From: a virus
Lineage: Duplodnaviria > Caudoviricetes
IMG/VR virus record: IMGVR_UViG_2933953506_000001
Span: 2,540 to 66,539 of that record
Length of the DNA stretch: 64,000 nt
Direction: 5' to 3' (one strand)
Below the pieces are notes generated by a model. The model saw only the letters and a program-made list of their open reading frames with translations, had not been told where the DNA came from and did not search any database. Made by a program: the position numbers and the translations under genes. The number at the start of each line of letters is the position of its first letter. The first letter of the stretch is position 1. This document shows positions 19,197-28,005 of this stretch, in pieces.

Positions 19197-19814
19197 ATGA
19201 CCATCGCCATCGACTTCGACGGAGTAATCCACGCCTACACCCAAGGCTGGCAGGACGGCACCATCTACGACCCGCCGATCGCCGACGCCCTGTACGCGCT
19301 CGAACTCCTCATGCAGCGCGACAGCGTCTTCATCCACACCACCCGCAACCCGAAGCAGGTGGCCCGCTGGATCGAGCAGACCTCCCAGCACGACATCGAC
19401 TGCACCACTCACCTGCCCCGCACCTGGTACGGCCGCCGCAAGCCGTTCTGGAACACGCGCGGCCTGCTCCTCGTCACCGATCGGAAACTCCCCGCGACCG
19501 TGTACGTCGACGACCGGGCGCACCGCTTCGAGTCCTGGGGGCAGACGCTGACCGCGCTCGGCGTCGAAGTCCACGGCATCGAGCAGGGATCACCAGTCGA
19601 CTGGCAGGCCGTGGCGGCTGAGCGAGAGCAGCAGTTGAAGGCGGCGCTCACGCACCAGCAGCGGGTGAAGGACGCGCTCGACGTCATCCACGAGTGGCAG
19701 CGCAACGGCGAGTCGAACGACTACCTGACCCGCGTGCACAAGGCCCTGGCCCCGCCCATGTCCGGCAACTCGCAGGCCGCCCGCGCGGTCCTCGGCACCC
19801 CGGACCAGCCATGA
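19197..19814 (+). CDS. HAD-superfamily phosphatase (nucleotidase-like)
   Basis: IAIDFDGVIH (motif I), HTTR (II), K...YVDDR (III/IV). Confidence 0.85.
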   Translation: MTIAIDFDGVIHAYTQGWQDGTIYDPPIADALYALELLMQRDSVFIHTTRNPKQVARWIEQTSQHDIDCTTHLPRTWYGRRKPFWNTRGLLLVTDRKLPATVYVDDRAHRFESWGQTLTALGVEVHGIEQGSPVDWQAVAAEREQQLKAALTHQQRVKDALDVIHEWQRNGESNDYLTRVHKALAPPMSGNSQAARAVLGTPDQP

Positions 19815-19987
19815 CCGGCGTCCAGCTCACCCTCGAATGGTCGGAACCCTGCAACACCCCACCACCCACCGACACCCCCACCCCCGGGGACCTCCGCCAA
19901 GCCGAAATCAACGACCTCCGCAACCAAGGCGGCAACCTCGCCGGCATCTACCGCGCCACCACCATCCACGCCCCGGAGTACCTGTGA
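19811..19987 (+). CDS. small hypothetical protein
   Basis: ATGA/GTGA coupling. Confidence 0.45.
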   Translation: MTGVQLTLEWSEPCNTPPPTDTPTPGDLRQAEINDLRNQGGNLAGIYRATTIHAPEYL

Positions 19988-20208
19988 CCGCCCTCCTCGC
20001 CGCCGTGTTCGCGCTCGCCGCCGGCTGGTGCATCGGCCACCGCACCGGCCGCACACTCCGCCGCGCCTCCGCCCAAGTCGAGGCGATCATCCGCACGACC
20101 ATCCCCGACCTGGCACCGATGCCCGACTGGGACCACGTCGCCGAACAGACGCGCTTCGACGAATGCTTCGGAGACATGATCAACCACTACGACGAGGACG
20201 CCGCATGA
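19984..20208 (+). CDS. small membrane-anchored protein
   Basis: N-terminal TM; coupled. Confidence 0.55.
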   Translation: MTALLAAVFALAAGWCIGHRTGRTLRRASAQVEAIIRTTIPDLAPMPDWDHVAEQTRFDECFGDMINHYDEDAA

Positions 20209-20420
20209 TCCAGGCCGGACAGATCTACCGCAGCCTCGACCCCCGCGGCGGCCCCCGTATCCGCATCAAGTCGTATCGTCCCGGTGACGCCCGCGCCCAC
20301 ATCGTCGACGCCCACGACGGCAAGCGGTTCCGGCAGATCCTCGTCACCGCCCTCCACGACAGCGACAGCACCAAGACCGGAGCCCAACGGCGCACCGGCT
20401 ACGTACTGGAGCAGCCGTGA
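20205..20420 (+). CDS. small hypothetical protein
   Basis: GQIYRSLDPR...RRTGY; coupled. Confidence 0.6.
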   Translation: MIQAGQIYRSLDPRGGPRIRIKSYRPGDARAHIVDAHDGKRFRQILVTALHDSDSTKTGAQRRTGYVLEQP

Positions 20421-20590
20421 TCGCCCCGTCGAGCAGCCCCCGCGGCGAGCGCGCGCCAAAGCCGGGCGTCACCTGGGACACCGTCCTCACCCGCACCGAG
20501 CAGCTCGTCGACGACGACACCCCCGACCAGACCCCGCCCAACCGGGCCACCCGACGCGCCCTCAAACGCGCAGCAAGGAAGCAGCGATGA
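20417..20590 (+). CDS. small hypothetical protein
   Basis: Read manually; ends PNRATRRALKR; overlaps both neighbours by 4 nt. Confidence 0.5.
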   Translation: MIAPSSSPRGERAPKPGVTWDTVLTRTEQLVDDDTPDQTPPNRATRRALKRAARKQR

Positions 20591-21120
20591 CCGAGCCCAC
20601 CCCATCCCGGCGCGCCGAACTCCGCGACGAGATCATCAAAGCCCTCGGCCAGATCAAGACCACCCCGCCCGTCGCGCACCGCCGAGAGCAGGCCGACCAC
20701 GTCCTTGCCGTCCTGTACCGGGAATGGCCGTGGCTGCGCGCCGAAGCCGAAGAACTCGCCGAAGCCCGCCAGCACCTGGCCGCCGCCTACGCGCAACGCG
20801 ACCGCCTCCGCCAGCGCATGAACACGCTCGCTGACCGCTGGGACCTCGAAGGACCGCCGCCCGGCAACCAGCCGCTGACCGAACTCCGCAACGAGATCAG
20901 CGTCGCCCCGTTCGACCCCGAAGGCGCGATGACGGTGCGGGAGTACACGGAACGCGGACGGACGCTGTGGGCGTTCCGCTGCTGGGGCACCGACACCTGC
21001 GACGGCTGGCTCGGTCTGGGGCATCACACGCAGTCGTCGGCGCTGGCAGAGCGGGAACGGCATGTGGCCGAGGCCCACGCCGGCACCAGCCCGGCAGCGA
21101 CTGAAGCGACCGACACCTGA
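20587..21120 (+). CDS. hypothetical protein
   Basis: AAGGA RBS; last gene of rightward early operon. Confidence 0.65.
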   Translation: MTEPTPSRRAELRDEIIKALGQIKTTPPVAHRREQADHVLAVLYREWPWLRAEAEELAEARQHLAAAYAQRDRLRQRMNTLADRWDLEGPPPGNQPLTELRNEISVAPFDPEGAMTVREYTERGRTLWAFRCWGTDTCDGWLGLGHHTQSSALAERERHVAEAHAGTSPAATEATDT

Positions 21121-21148
21121 ACAGCACGCGGCCCGCCAACCCATCAGG

Positions 21149-21916
21149 TCAGCGGGCCGGCGGGCGCCCTCCGTTGTGCGCCCACGACGCTACGCCCGCA
21201 ACGTCGACACCGGAAGACCGCGGCCCCTGTGCCGCACCCACCCGCTGTCGGCGGCCGGTCTTATCATCAGAGCGCGGGCTGGTTTCCATGGCTGGACTGG
21301 TCCGTGCTGCAACATCTCGTACAGCGAGGCCCCCGGTTGTCGATCGACCGGGGGCCTCGTCGTTGTCGTGGATCATCCTGCTGTCCGCTTCAGCCTCACG
21401 CGCACGCACTAAGGCCGGGCTTCGCCCCCGGAATATTGATGAGGGCGGGAGCGACAGCGACAGTGTTGCCCCGGCAGTGTTATGTAACCCCGTGTTGGTC
21501 TTTTGAGGCCGCATCGTGGAAGTGTTCCGGCTGGAGGTGTTCCACGCTGGAAGGCCCCACGACTGACACCTTCCAGGAGATCACTCTCTCGGAACGTCAT
21601 AGACCGTCAGGATCGTCACGAAATCCCCTGCGCCCGGTTGCCCTGCGGGGATCTTCGTCTTCGTGCGGATCATGTAACCGAACTCTTCAAGCTCCGCGAA
21701 GGCACGGCGGAATGCACGCCGGCTTTCCGCCCGTGCGCCCCGGTGCCTGTCGGCGGTCTCCCACAACTTCGCCGCGTTGGTCTGCCAGCCAGGCCGGTGC
21801 GCGAGGATCTGAATGAGCACCAAGCGAGCCAGAGCGCCCAACCGCTCGTCGAAGACCAGCTCGTTCGGGAGTTGCGTGAAGTTCTTCTTCGGCTTCGACC
21901 GTTCGACAATCAGCAC
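21149..21916 (-). pseudogene. Rep-like winged-helix gene interrupted by one in-frame TGA at 21581-21583
   Basis: NFTQLPNEL...AFAELEEFGYMIR wHTH (21581-21916, GGGAG RBS); frame stays open past the stop to 21149. Confidence 0.5.
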
Positions 21917-22051
21917 CGGCCGCTCCCTGTCTGGCAGGGGCAGGCTTGGAACGCTATGGTCATGAGTAGTGCTTGTCCTCTCTGGCGATAGGTCGGCATG
22001 GCGGACCTGGTGGGTCCAGCGCGGCGGGGGTGGTGCCCCGCTCAAAGCGAA

Positions 22052-22084
22052 AACGGCCGGACGGATTGAGCCCCGTCCGGCCGT
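22052..22084. terminator. strong hairpin downstream of leftward operon
   Basis: acggccggacgg...ccgtccggccgt followed by T-run on minus strand. Confidence 0.6.
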
Positions 22085-22163
22085 CGCCGTTTCAGATCAT
22101 TCTACGTGCCAGAAGCGGCCGAAGTGGCTTGACTCGGTGGCAACTTGGACACAGCGGACGAGG

Positions 22164-22469
22164 TCACGGACGCCACGAATTCCGGTAGTCCTCATGGTCG
22201 CCGCCATGCACGAAAGCCAAAAGCCGCAGCTGCTGTTCGGCGATCCGACCCGTTGGTCCAGCAGTCCCGAGATAGGGCCGGATCGTCTCATCGAAGAGCG
22301 CGAGCCTGGTCTCGGCGGCCTGAACCTTGAAGCGGACATGCTCTCCTGCCCGTACTGGGTCGCCCCCCAACGTGGGCACGCCGTGAGTGATGAGTAGGAC
22401 GCCAGCGCGACGCTCCCACTCGATCTCCTCCGTCAGCCGATCGGCGACGAACTGCACCAACTCATCCAT
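22164..22469 (-). CDS. DUF6221-like protein
   Basis: MDELVQFVADRL...LRLLA...HEDYRNSWRP pattern. Confidence 0.7.
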   Translation of the reverse strand: MDELVQFVADRLTEEIEWERRAGVLLITHGVPTLGGDPVRAGEHVRFKVQAAETRLALFDETIRPYLGTAGPTGRIAEQQLRLLAFVHGGDHEDYRNSWRP

Positions 22470-23046
22470 CTGACGCCTTCGCCTTCCCCAGCTTCAGCTT
22501 CGCCGCCACCTCGGCCGCCTCATGCCACACCTGCGCCTGATCCTCCAGGTCCCGACGCATCTCCTCCTCGGCCTCCACCGACAGTTCCTGCGCCTTCGAC
22601 TGGAGCGCGGCCACCACCTCAGCAACCACCGCCGCACGGAAGGCGTCGATCTTCTCACTCGCGCGCTCCGAGTTCGCAGGCGAATGCTCCTTGCCCTGCA
22701 TCGCGAAGGCGTACAGGTCCTTACGGGCGTCAACGGTCGTGATCACGGGATCTCCTTGTCGCGGCGGGGCTAGGGCCCTCTTCTTTCGCGGCTGCTTGGC
22801 AGGCCCCCGACCGCGCTTTCGTGACCGCATGTACGGCCCCAGCAGCTCGTAGGGGAGCATCCGCGTCTTCCCGACGACTCGGTAGTCGTTGGGGCCGATC
22901 GGCCAGCCGGACAGTGGATCGCGGGCCAGCCTTCGCAAGCCCTCCGCCGTCATGCTCTCGGCGATGCCGTCTTCGACGAGCCGTTCGGCAGCCTCGGTGA
23001 AGGACAGCATCGTCCGCTGCTCCTCTCCTGGCGTGTCTTCGGGCAT
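22462..23046 (-). CDS. MerR/Xis-like HTH regulator fused to a helical domain (possible internal start at 22746)
   Basis: LSFTEAAERL...MTAEGLRRLAR...GKTRML; internal AAGGAG + GTG. Confidence 0.6.
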   Translation of the reverse strand: MPEDTPGEEQRTMLSFTEAAERLVEDGIAESMTAEGLRRLARDPLSGWPIGPNDYRVVGKTRMLPYELLGPYMRSRKRGRGPAKQPRKKRALAPPRQGDPVITTVDARKDLYAFAMQGKEHSPANSERASEKIDAFRAAVVAEVVAALQSKAQELSVEAEEEMRRDLEDQAQVWHEAAEVAAKLKLGKAKASDG

Positions 23047-23062
23047 GGGCCCACCTTCCCAG

Positions 23063-23096
23063 ACTTCTTGCGCTGAACGCAAGAAGTAGCTACGGT
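23063..23096 (+). promoter_or_regulatory. operator overlapping sigma70-type promoter of membrane operon
   Basis: Perfect IR acttcttgcg-ctgaa-cgcaagaagt overlapping TTGCGC-N17-TACGGT. Confidence 0.7.
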
Positions 23097-23174
23097 CGTA
23101 CAGCACCAACAGAACGGCCCGGCGTGAGTTCGCACCTCGCGCCGGGCCAGCCATCCACCTGCCTACCAGGAGAG

Positions 23175-23345
23175 ATGACCGTGCCCGACTTTACGTCCCA
23201 ATGCCCCGCCCCGGCCATGACCCCGGCCGACATCGCCGCACACCAAGCCGCCACGTACGTCCGTACCGCGCCCCTCAACGCCCAAGCCCGCGCCGCCATG
23301 CAGCGCCTGGAGACGGCCCTCAACACCAAGGCGGGCGTCCGATGA
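23175..23345 (+). CDS. small hypothetical protein
   Basis: AGGAG RBS; first gene after promoter. Confidence 0.5.
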   Translation: MTVPDFTSQCPAPAMTPADIAAHQAATYVRTAPLNAQARAAMQRLETALNTKAGVR

Positions 23346-23509
23346 GCGAGCACCCCAACCCAGCCGTCACCGACCAAAACGCCACCCCCGCCCAACTCCT
23401 CGCCCGCGCCGCCAACGACTACGCCACCCAACAAGCCGCCAACCGCAAGAAGGCAGAGCAAGGCGGCACCGAAGACCGCCAAGGCATCCTCCCGGGCGGC
23501 GGCAACTGA
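23342..23509 (+). CDS. small hypothetical protein
   Basis: ATGA/TGATG coupling. Confidence 0.5.
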   Translation: MSEHPNPAVTDQNATPAQLLARAANDYATQQAANRKKAEQGGTEDRQGILPGGGN

Positions 23510-23715
23510 TGGCCTGGAACCCCTTCCGCTCCGGCGCAGACCGCCAACTCGCCGAGAAGAAGTACACGGGCCGCGAGTCCGCCACCCAACAAGCCGCACG
23601 CACCCGACGCCAAGGCCACCGCCGCAGCCTCCTCGGCACCGCCCGCGCCGGCCAAGCCTGGGAAGACCAGGACCGCAAGCAGGAGCGGCAACGCCGCGGC
23701 CCCTACCGCCAATAA
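23509..23715 (+). CDS. small basic hypothetical protein
   Basis: YTGRESAT...AGQAWEDQDR; coupled. Confidence 0.6.
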   Translation: MAWNPFRSGADRQLAEKKYTGRESATQQAARTRRQGHRRSLLGTARAGQAWEDQDRKQERQRRGPYRQ

Positions 23716-23794
23716 CCCCCACCCCAGAACGGCCGGCCCCCGCGAAATCTCCCCCCCGCGGGGGCCGGTCCCCGTCCGCTCCCGGAGGAGCACC

Positions 23795-24928
23795 GTGAAG
23801 ACGTCCACCGGCGACCGCCCCAAGCTCACCGACCTGCAACACCGACTCATCATCGGCGTCGGCCTCGGAGCAGCCGTCATCGCGACGATCGGCTTCGCAG
23901 GCTCCTACGCCGCCGTGCGCAAGCTCGCGGAAGCCAAGCACTTCGGCACGTTCGCCATCGTCTTCCCGATCGGCGTCGACGCGGGGATCCTCGTGCTGCT
24001 CGCCCTCGACCTGCTCCTCACGTGGCTGCGGATGCCGCTCGCGCTGCTCCGCCATATCGCCTGGCTCCTCACCGCCGCAACGATCGCGTTCAACGCGGCC
24101 GCCGCCTGGCCCGACCCCATCGGCACCGGCATGCACGCCGTAATCCCGATCCTCTTCGTCGCCGTCATCGAAGCCGCCCGCCACGCCATCGGCCGCACCG
24201 CCGACATCACCGCCGGCCGCCACATGGACTCCGTCCGCATGGTCCGATGGCTCCTCGACCCGATCTCCACCTTCCGCCTGTGGCGGCGCATGAAGCTGTG
24301 GGAGCTGCGCTCCTACGAGGCCGTGATCCAGCTGGAGCAGTCTCGGCTCGTCGAGCGGGCCCGGCTGCGCGCTCGGTACGGACGACGCTGGCGAAGCAAG
24401 GCCCCGGTCTCCGCGGTCATGGCGCTGCGGCTCACCCGGTACGGGCGGCCCCTGAGCCCGGTCTCAGGCGTCCTCGACATCGAGCACGCCCCGGCTCACT
24501 CTGAGCCCGCCCCGATCGAGGTCGCGAGTCGTGAGCCTGAGCCCGGCTCAACCCGTGAGCCCGCGCGTGAGCCGGGCTTCGAGACGACTGTTCAGACCGC
24601 GCTCGTCGTCGCCGGACCCGAGCCCATCACGCACCCGGCTCCGCTCCTCGTGCAGCCCGCTGACCAGCAGGGATCACGTGAGCCGGTCTTGAGCCCGGCT
24701 GAGCCGACCCTCGTGAGCCGCGCTGAGCCGAGCCCTGAGCCCGCGCCTGAGCCTGAGGTCGACGAGGCCGAGCGGCAGATCCTCGAACTCGCCAACCGGC
24801 TCAGGAACGGCGAGCCGCTCACCAAGACCACCGCCGCCGAAATCCTCGCCGTGAGCCCGGCCACCGCCGGCCGACGGCTCAAGGAAGCCCGCGGCCGGAT
24901 CAACGAAGGGACGGGGTTCTACCCGTGA
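23795..24928 (+). CDS. DUF2637-like (Streptomyces plasmid spread/Spd-type) 4-TM protein with C-terminal HTH
   Basis: GFAGSYAAV, FPIGVDAGIL, TIAFN, MHAVIP, RWLLDPISTFRLWRRM; C-terminal LTKTTAAEILAVSPATAGRRL. Confidence 0.8.
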   Translation: MKTSTGDRPKLTDLQHRLIIGVGLGAAVIATIGFAGSYAAVRKLAEAKHFGTFAIVFPIGVDAGILVLLALDLLLTWLRMPLALLRHIAWLLTAATIAFNAAAAWPDPIGTGMHAVIPILFVAVIEAARHAIGRTADITAGRHMDSVRMVRWLLDPISTFRLWRRMKLWELRSYEAVIQLEQSRLVERARLRARYGRRWRSKAPVSAVMALRLTRYGRPLSPVSGVLDIEHAPAHSEPAPIEVASREPEPGSTREPAREPGFETTVQTALVVAGPEPITHPAPLLVQPADQQGSREPVLSPAEPTLVSRAEPSPEPAPEPEVDEAERQILELANRLRNGEPLTKTTAAEILAVSPATAGRRLKEARGRINEGTGFYP

Positions 24929-24945
24929 GCCGTACTCCTGGAGCC
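24429..24945. repeat. dense TGAGCC/GGCTCA hexamer array
   Basis: About 14 TGAGCC and about 5 reverse GGCTCA copies counted by eye. Confidence 0.75.
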
Positions 24946-25551
24946 GACGAGCGGCGGATACGCCACTTCCTCAACCGGCTCGGCGCCCGCCCCCTCGGCC
25001 ACCCCGCACCCCAGGGAACCCTCATGACCGACACGCCCGCCCCCCGGAAGAGCGCCCCCCGCCTCCCTGACTGGTGGCGCAGCCGCACCCCCGCACCGCC
25101 CGCCGCCGACCCGGCCTCCGAACTGGACTGGTGGGACGCCCTCTATGCCGACGACACCACCTCGGACGAAGACGCACGCCAGCCGGACAGCCGTTGGACT
25201 CCGCAACCCGACTACTGGCCCCGCCCCCACATCCCGGTCGCCCTCACCGCCACTCCCGAGCGGGCCGCCGCGGCCATCAGCCCGAAGACGCGCGCGGCCC
25301 TGTACAACGCCAGCGCAGCCGGAGCCGGTTGGGGCCTCGGCCTGTACCAGCCGTGCGCTGCAGCGCTCGCCGACTGCGGCACCAACTACAGCACCAGCGG
25401 CGCCCTCGTCCTCGGCATCGGCGGATGCCTGCTCATCGCGCACGTGTGGGACCGCCGCACCCGTCACTGGTGGCCCGGCATCGCCTGGGCCGCCCGCATC
25501 CCCCTCGCCACCACCATTCTCGCGCTCGCCCTCTGGGCACCGGCCGCCTGA
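24925..25551 (+). CDS. membrane protein (3 C-terminal TM segments)
   Basis: GTGA overlap; hydrophobic C-terminus. Confidence 0.7.
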   Translation: MSRTPGADERRIRHFLNRLGARPLGHPAPQGTLMTDTPAPRKSAPRLPDWWRSRTPAPPAADPASELDWWDALYADDTTSDEDARQPDSRWTPQPDYWPRPHIPVALTATPERAAAAISPKTRAALYNASAAGAGWGLGLYQPCAAALADCGTNYSTSGALVLGIGGCLLIAHVWDRRTRHWWPGIAWAARIPLATTILALALWAPAA

Positions 25552-25567
25552 CCAGGAGAAACCCAGC

Positions 25568-26071
25568 ATGCTTCAGCACCTTGCCGCAGCCCAGGAGATC
25601 AGCGTCGAGGGCGGCCGCATCCTCGGCACCGTCGGAGCCGGCGGCATCGCGACCGCGCTCACCGTGATCCTCGTCGCCGGGATCCGCGAACCCAAGGCCA
25701 GCGGCGGCGCACCGGGCGGAGGCGGAGGCGGGAAGAAGAGCCGCATCCGCAAGAAGCTCACCTCCGACCAGGCGCAGTGGACAGGCGTGGCCGCAGGCAC
25801 GCTCTACATGACGGCCGGGTCGATCTGGACGGTCGGGGGGAACCTGTCCGACGCGTTCGCCACGGTGTTCACCGGCGGCGGGTTCGGGTCGGCGGGTATG
25901 GGCGCGGTGTCGCTGGGGCTTGCCGCGCTCATGTACTTTCGCGAGCTGTCCCCGGGGAAGGCCGCGTTCACGGGGATCCTTGCCGCCGGGGTGTGGGCGA
26001 AGGCCGGTGGTTTGTGGGGGTTGCCGCAGGCGTTGATCCTGACCGGCGGGCACGCGTTGGGGATCATCTGA
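25568..26071 (+). CDS. Gly-rich multi-pass membrane protein
   Basis: AGGAG RBS; several GxxxG hydrophobic helices. Confidence 0.75.
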   Translation: MLQHLAAAQEISVEGGRILGTVGAGGIATALTVILVAGIREPKASGGAPGGGGGGKKSRIRKKLTSDQAQWTGVAAGTLYMTAGSIWTVGGNLSDAFATVFTGGGFGSAGMGAVSLGLAALMYFRELSPGKAAFTGILAAGVWAKAGGLWGLPQALILTGGHALGII

Positions 26072-26754
26072 TGAAGATCGTCAAGGAGGTAGGGGAGCAG
26101 CCCCCCGCCCCCGGCCTGCACCGTCGTATGGCCGCAGAGCTGCGCCCCATCCTCGCCGTCCGCGGGGTTGGGGCCTCCCTGTTTGCGGGCTCCATCGTCC
26201 TCGTCCGCCGCTGCTGGACTCTCCTCGGCCGGCACCTCGACGGCTGGGAACGCTTTGGCGCGCTCGCGTTCGGCGGATACGTGACCGTGTACGCGGCGAT
26301 CCACGCCCCGCACATCGCCCGGTTCGCGGTCCCCGGGGCCGCGATCGTCTGGTGCACCGCCGCATGGTGCGTGGCACCACTTCCCGGGCCTCCTGTGGAT
26401 GAGGAGGGCGCGTCCGATGAGGAGTCGGAGGCGCTGCTCTCCCTCGACGAGTTCTCCGCCGTCGTCCGCCGCGTATCCCGGCACCGGCAGGGAGCCCACC
26501 TGGCAGACCTCCTCCAGGAGCCCGAACTGGTCGGCTGGACACAGCCCGAGCTGAAGGCGGCGGCCGTCGCTTTCGGGCTGCCCGTGGAGGAGTTCAAGCT
26601 GATCCTCGGTGGGCGGCAGCGGGTGAGGGACGGGATCCGCGTCCGGGACCTCCCGCCCGCCCCCGACACGGCGCCCCCCGCGAGCACCCCGTCAGGCACC
26701 CCCGCGGACCCCGCTCCCCAACCCCTCCCCGCCCGACCCCCAGGGACCGGGTAG
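26071..26754 (+). CDS. membrane protein with C-terminal wHTH-like domain reminiscent of TraB C-terminus
   Basis: TM pair then GAHLADLL...W...ELK...GLPV...RDGIRVRDL; no Walker motifs. Confidence 0.6.
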   Translation: MKIVKEVGEQPPAPGLHRRMAAELRPILAVRGVGASLFAGSIVLVRRCWTLLGRHLDGWERFGALAFGGYVTVYAAIHAPHIARFAVPGAAIVWCTAAWCVAPLPGPPVDEEGASDEESEALLSLDEFSAVVRRVSRHRQGAHLADLLQEPELVGWTQPELKAAAVAFGLPVEEFKLILGGRQRVRDGIRVRDLPPAPDTAPPASTPSGTPADPAPQPLPARPPGTG

Positions 26755-26832
26755 AAAGGTAGGAACCGCAGGTCAGCGCATGCCCCTACTCTTCTCCTAC
26801 CTACCGTCCTACCCGTCCGAGAGAGGCCCTCG

Positions 26833-27084
26833 ATGCCCTACGAGTACCGGTGCCCTCGGTGCCGCGCGAGCAGCCCGCCGGCCACGAGACGGGCCGCCGA
26901 GGCGTACCGGCAGCAGCACCGCGACCGTGAGCACGGCGGCCTTGTCCCGGCCGGCGAGTGCATCGTTCGGGTGTCTGGCAGCACGCCGGATCCGGATAGC
27001 CGGTACGTCAGCACGCGCGCCCTGCTCGGCGGTCTGGGGCTGCTCGCCCTCGCCGAGTTCCTTGCTCGCGTCCTCGGGCGCTGA
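26833..27084 (+). CDS. zinc-ribbon protein with C-terminal TM
   Basis: YRCPRC...H...HGG; hydrophobic tail; GAGAGG RBS. Confidence 0.65.
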   Translation: MPYEYRCPRCRASSPPATRRAAEAYRQQHRDREHGGLVPAGECIVRVSGSTPDPDSRYVSTRALLGGLGLLALAEFLARVLGR

Positions 27085-27172
27085 CCGCGCCTGCCACACT
27101 GACACCTACGCGCCGGGACCGCCCGGCACCTCGAAGGCCCAGCCGATTCCCCCCGTCCGGCTGGGTCTTCGC

Positions 27173-27346
27173 CTATTCCGGGACTGGCTCGGGCCGTGGC
27201 GGGGCCGGGACAGCCCGCGCCATCCACCGGTCGCTGGCGATCTGGCAGGGCAGCATGACGGGGATCAGGCCGGCCGCGACAAGGAGTTCGAGGCCCTCGA
27301 CGCATTCGTCTCGGCTGTCGGCTTGGATGCTGTACCGCTTCGCCAC
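27173..27346 (-). CDS. small hypothetical protein
   Basis: RWMARA motif; no clear RBS. Confidence 0.45.
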   Translation of the reverse strand: MAKRYSIQADSRDECVEGLELLVAAGLIPVMLPCQIASDRWMARAVPAPPRPEPVPE

Positions 27347-27452
27347 CCGGTCAGTGTGCCGTGACGGTGTGACAGCGGCGGCCGGTTCGGGTGGAATCGG
27401 ACGCGAAACGGCCCCGCACCGGAGTTCGGGCGGGGCGTCGTCATGCGGTGGG

Positions 27453-27668
27453 CTACTGCCGGAGGAGGAGGGCCTCGTACTCGTCGCACTCGCCCCGCTC
27501 GGCGGTGCGCGCGTTGCAGCCTTCACTGTGCTCGTGGATCTCGAACTTCCCCTCGGCTGCGACCGCACACTCGGCGCAGCAGTAGTCGATCCCCTTCTTG
27601 ACCTTGCGCATACAGTCCGGCTTGAGGCACTTCCGGAGTTCCATCGGGAGGCCTAGTGGAGTGTTCAT
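27453..27668 (-). CDS. small Cys-rich protein
   Basis: C...C...YCCAEC...HSEGC; coupled. Confidence 0.55.
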   Translation of the reverse strand: MNTPLGLPMELRKCLKPDCMRKVKKGIDYCCAECAVAAEGKFEIHEHSEGCNARTAERGECDEYEALLLRQ

Positions 27669-27847
27669 GGTGTGGGCTCCCCTACAGCGTCGTCGGGCCA
27701 GGGCTCGTCGTCGTCCGGTGGGCAGGTGCACAGATCGGACCATTCGGCTACGCCGCATTCGCATCGGGGGCAGTCGCAGGAGCCGATGCCGTCGCCGTAT
27801 CCGTGGTGCAGGTCGGGCAGACCGCACACGTCGCATCGCTCGCTCAC
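27665..27847 (-). CDS. small Cys-rich protein
   Basis: 8 Cys in about 60 aa; coupled. Confidence 0.55.
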   Translation of the reverse strand: MSERCDVCGLPDLHHGYGDGIGSCDCPRCECGVAEWSDLCTCPPDDDEPWPDDAVGEPTP

Positions 27848-28005
27848 GTGGGCTCCTCTGCGACCTCGACCCACTCTGATCCGTCCCACCGGACGGTCAG
27901 CGGCTCATCCGTGTACTTGTCGAAGCCTGTTCGGGTGTTGTTCTCTCCGTCGTCCAGGTAGGCCGTCGATCCACTCCCGGACTCAGTGCGGTATCTGACC
28001 TTCAT
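27844..28005 (-). CDS. small hypothetical protein
   Basis: GAGGAG RBS; coupled. Confidence 0.55.
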   Translation of the reverse strand: MKVRYRTESGSGSTAYLDDGENNTRTGFDKYTDEPLTVRWDGSEWVEVAEEPT

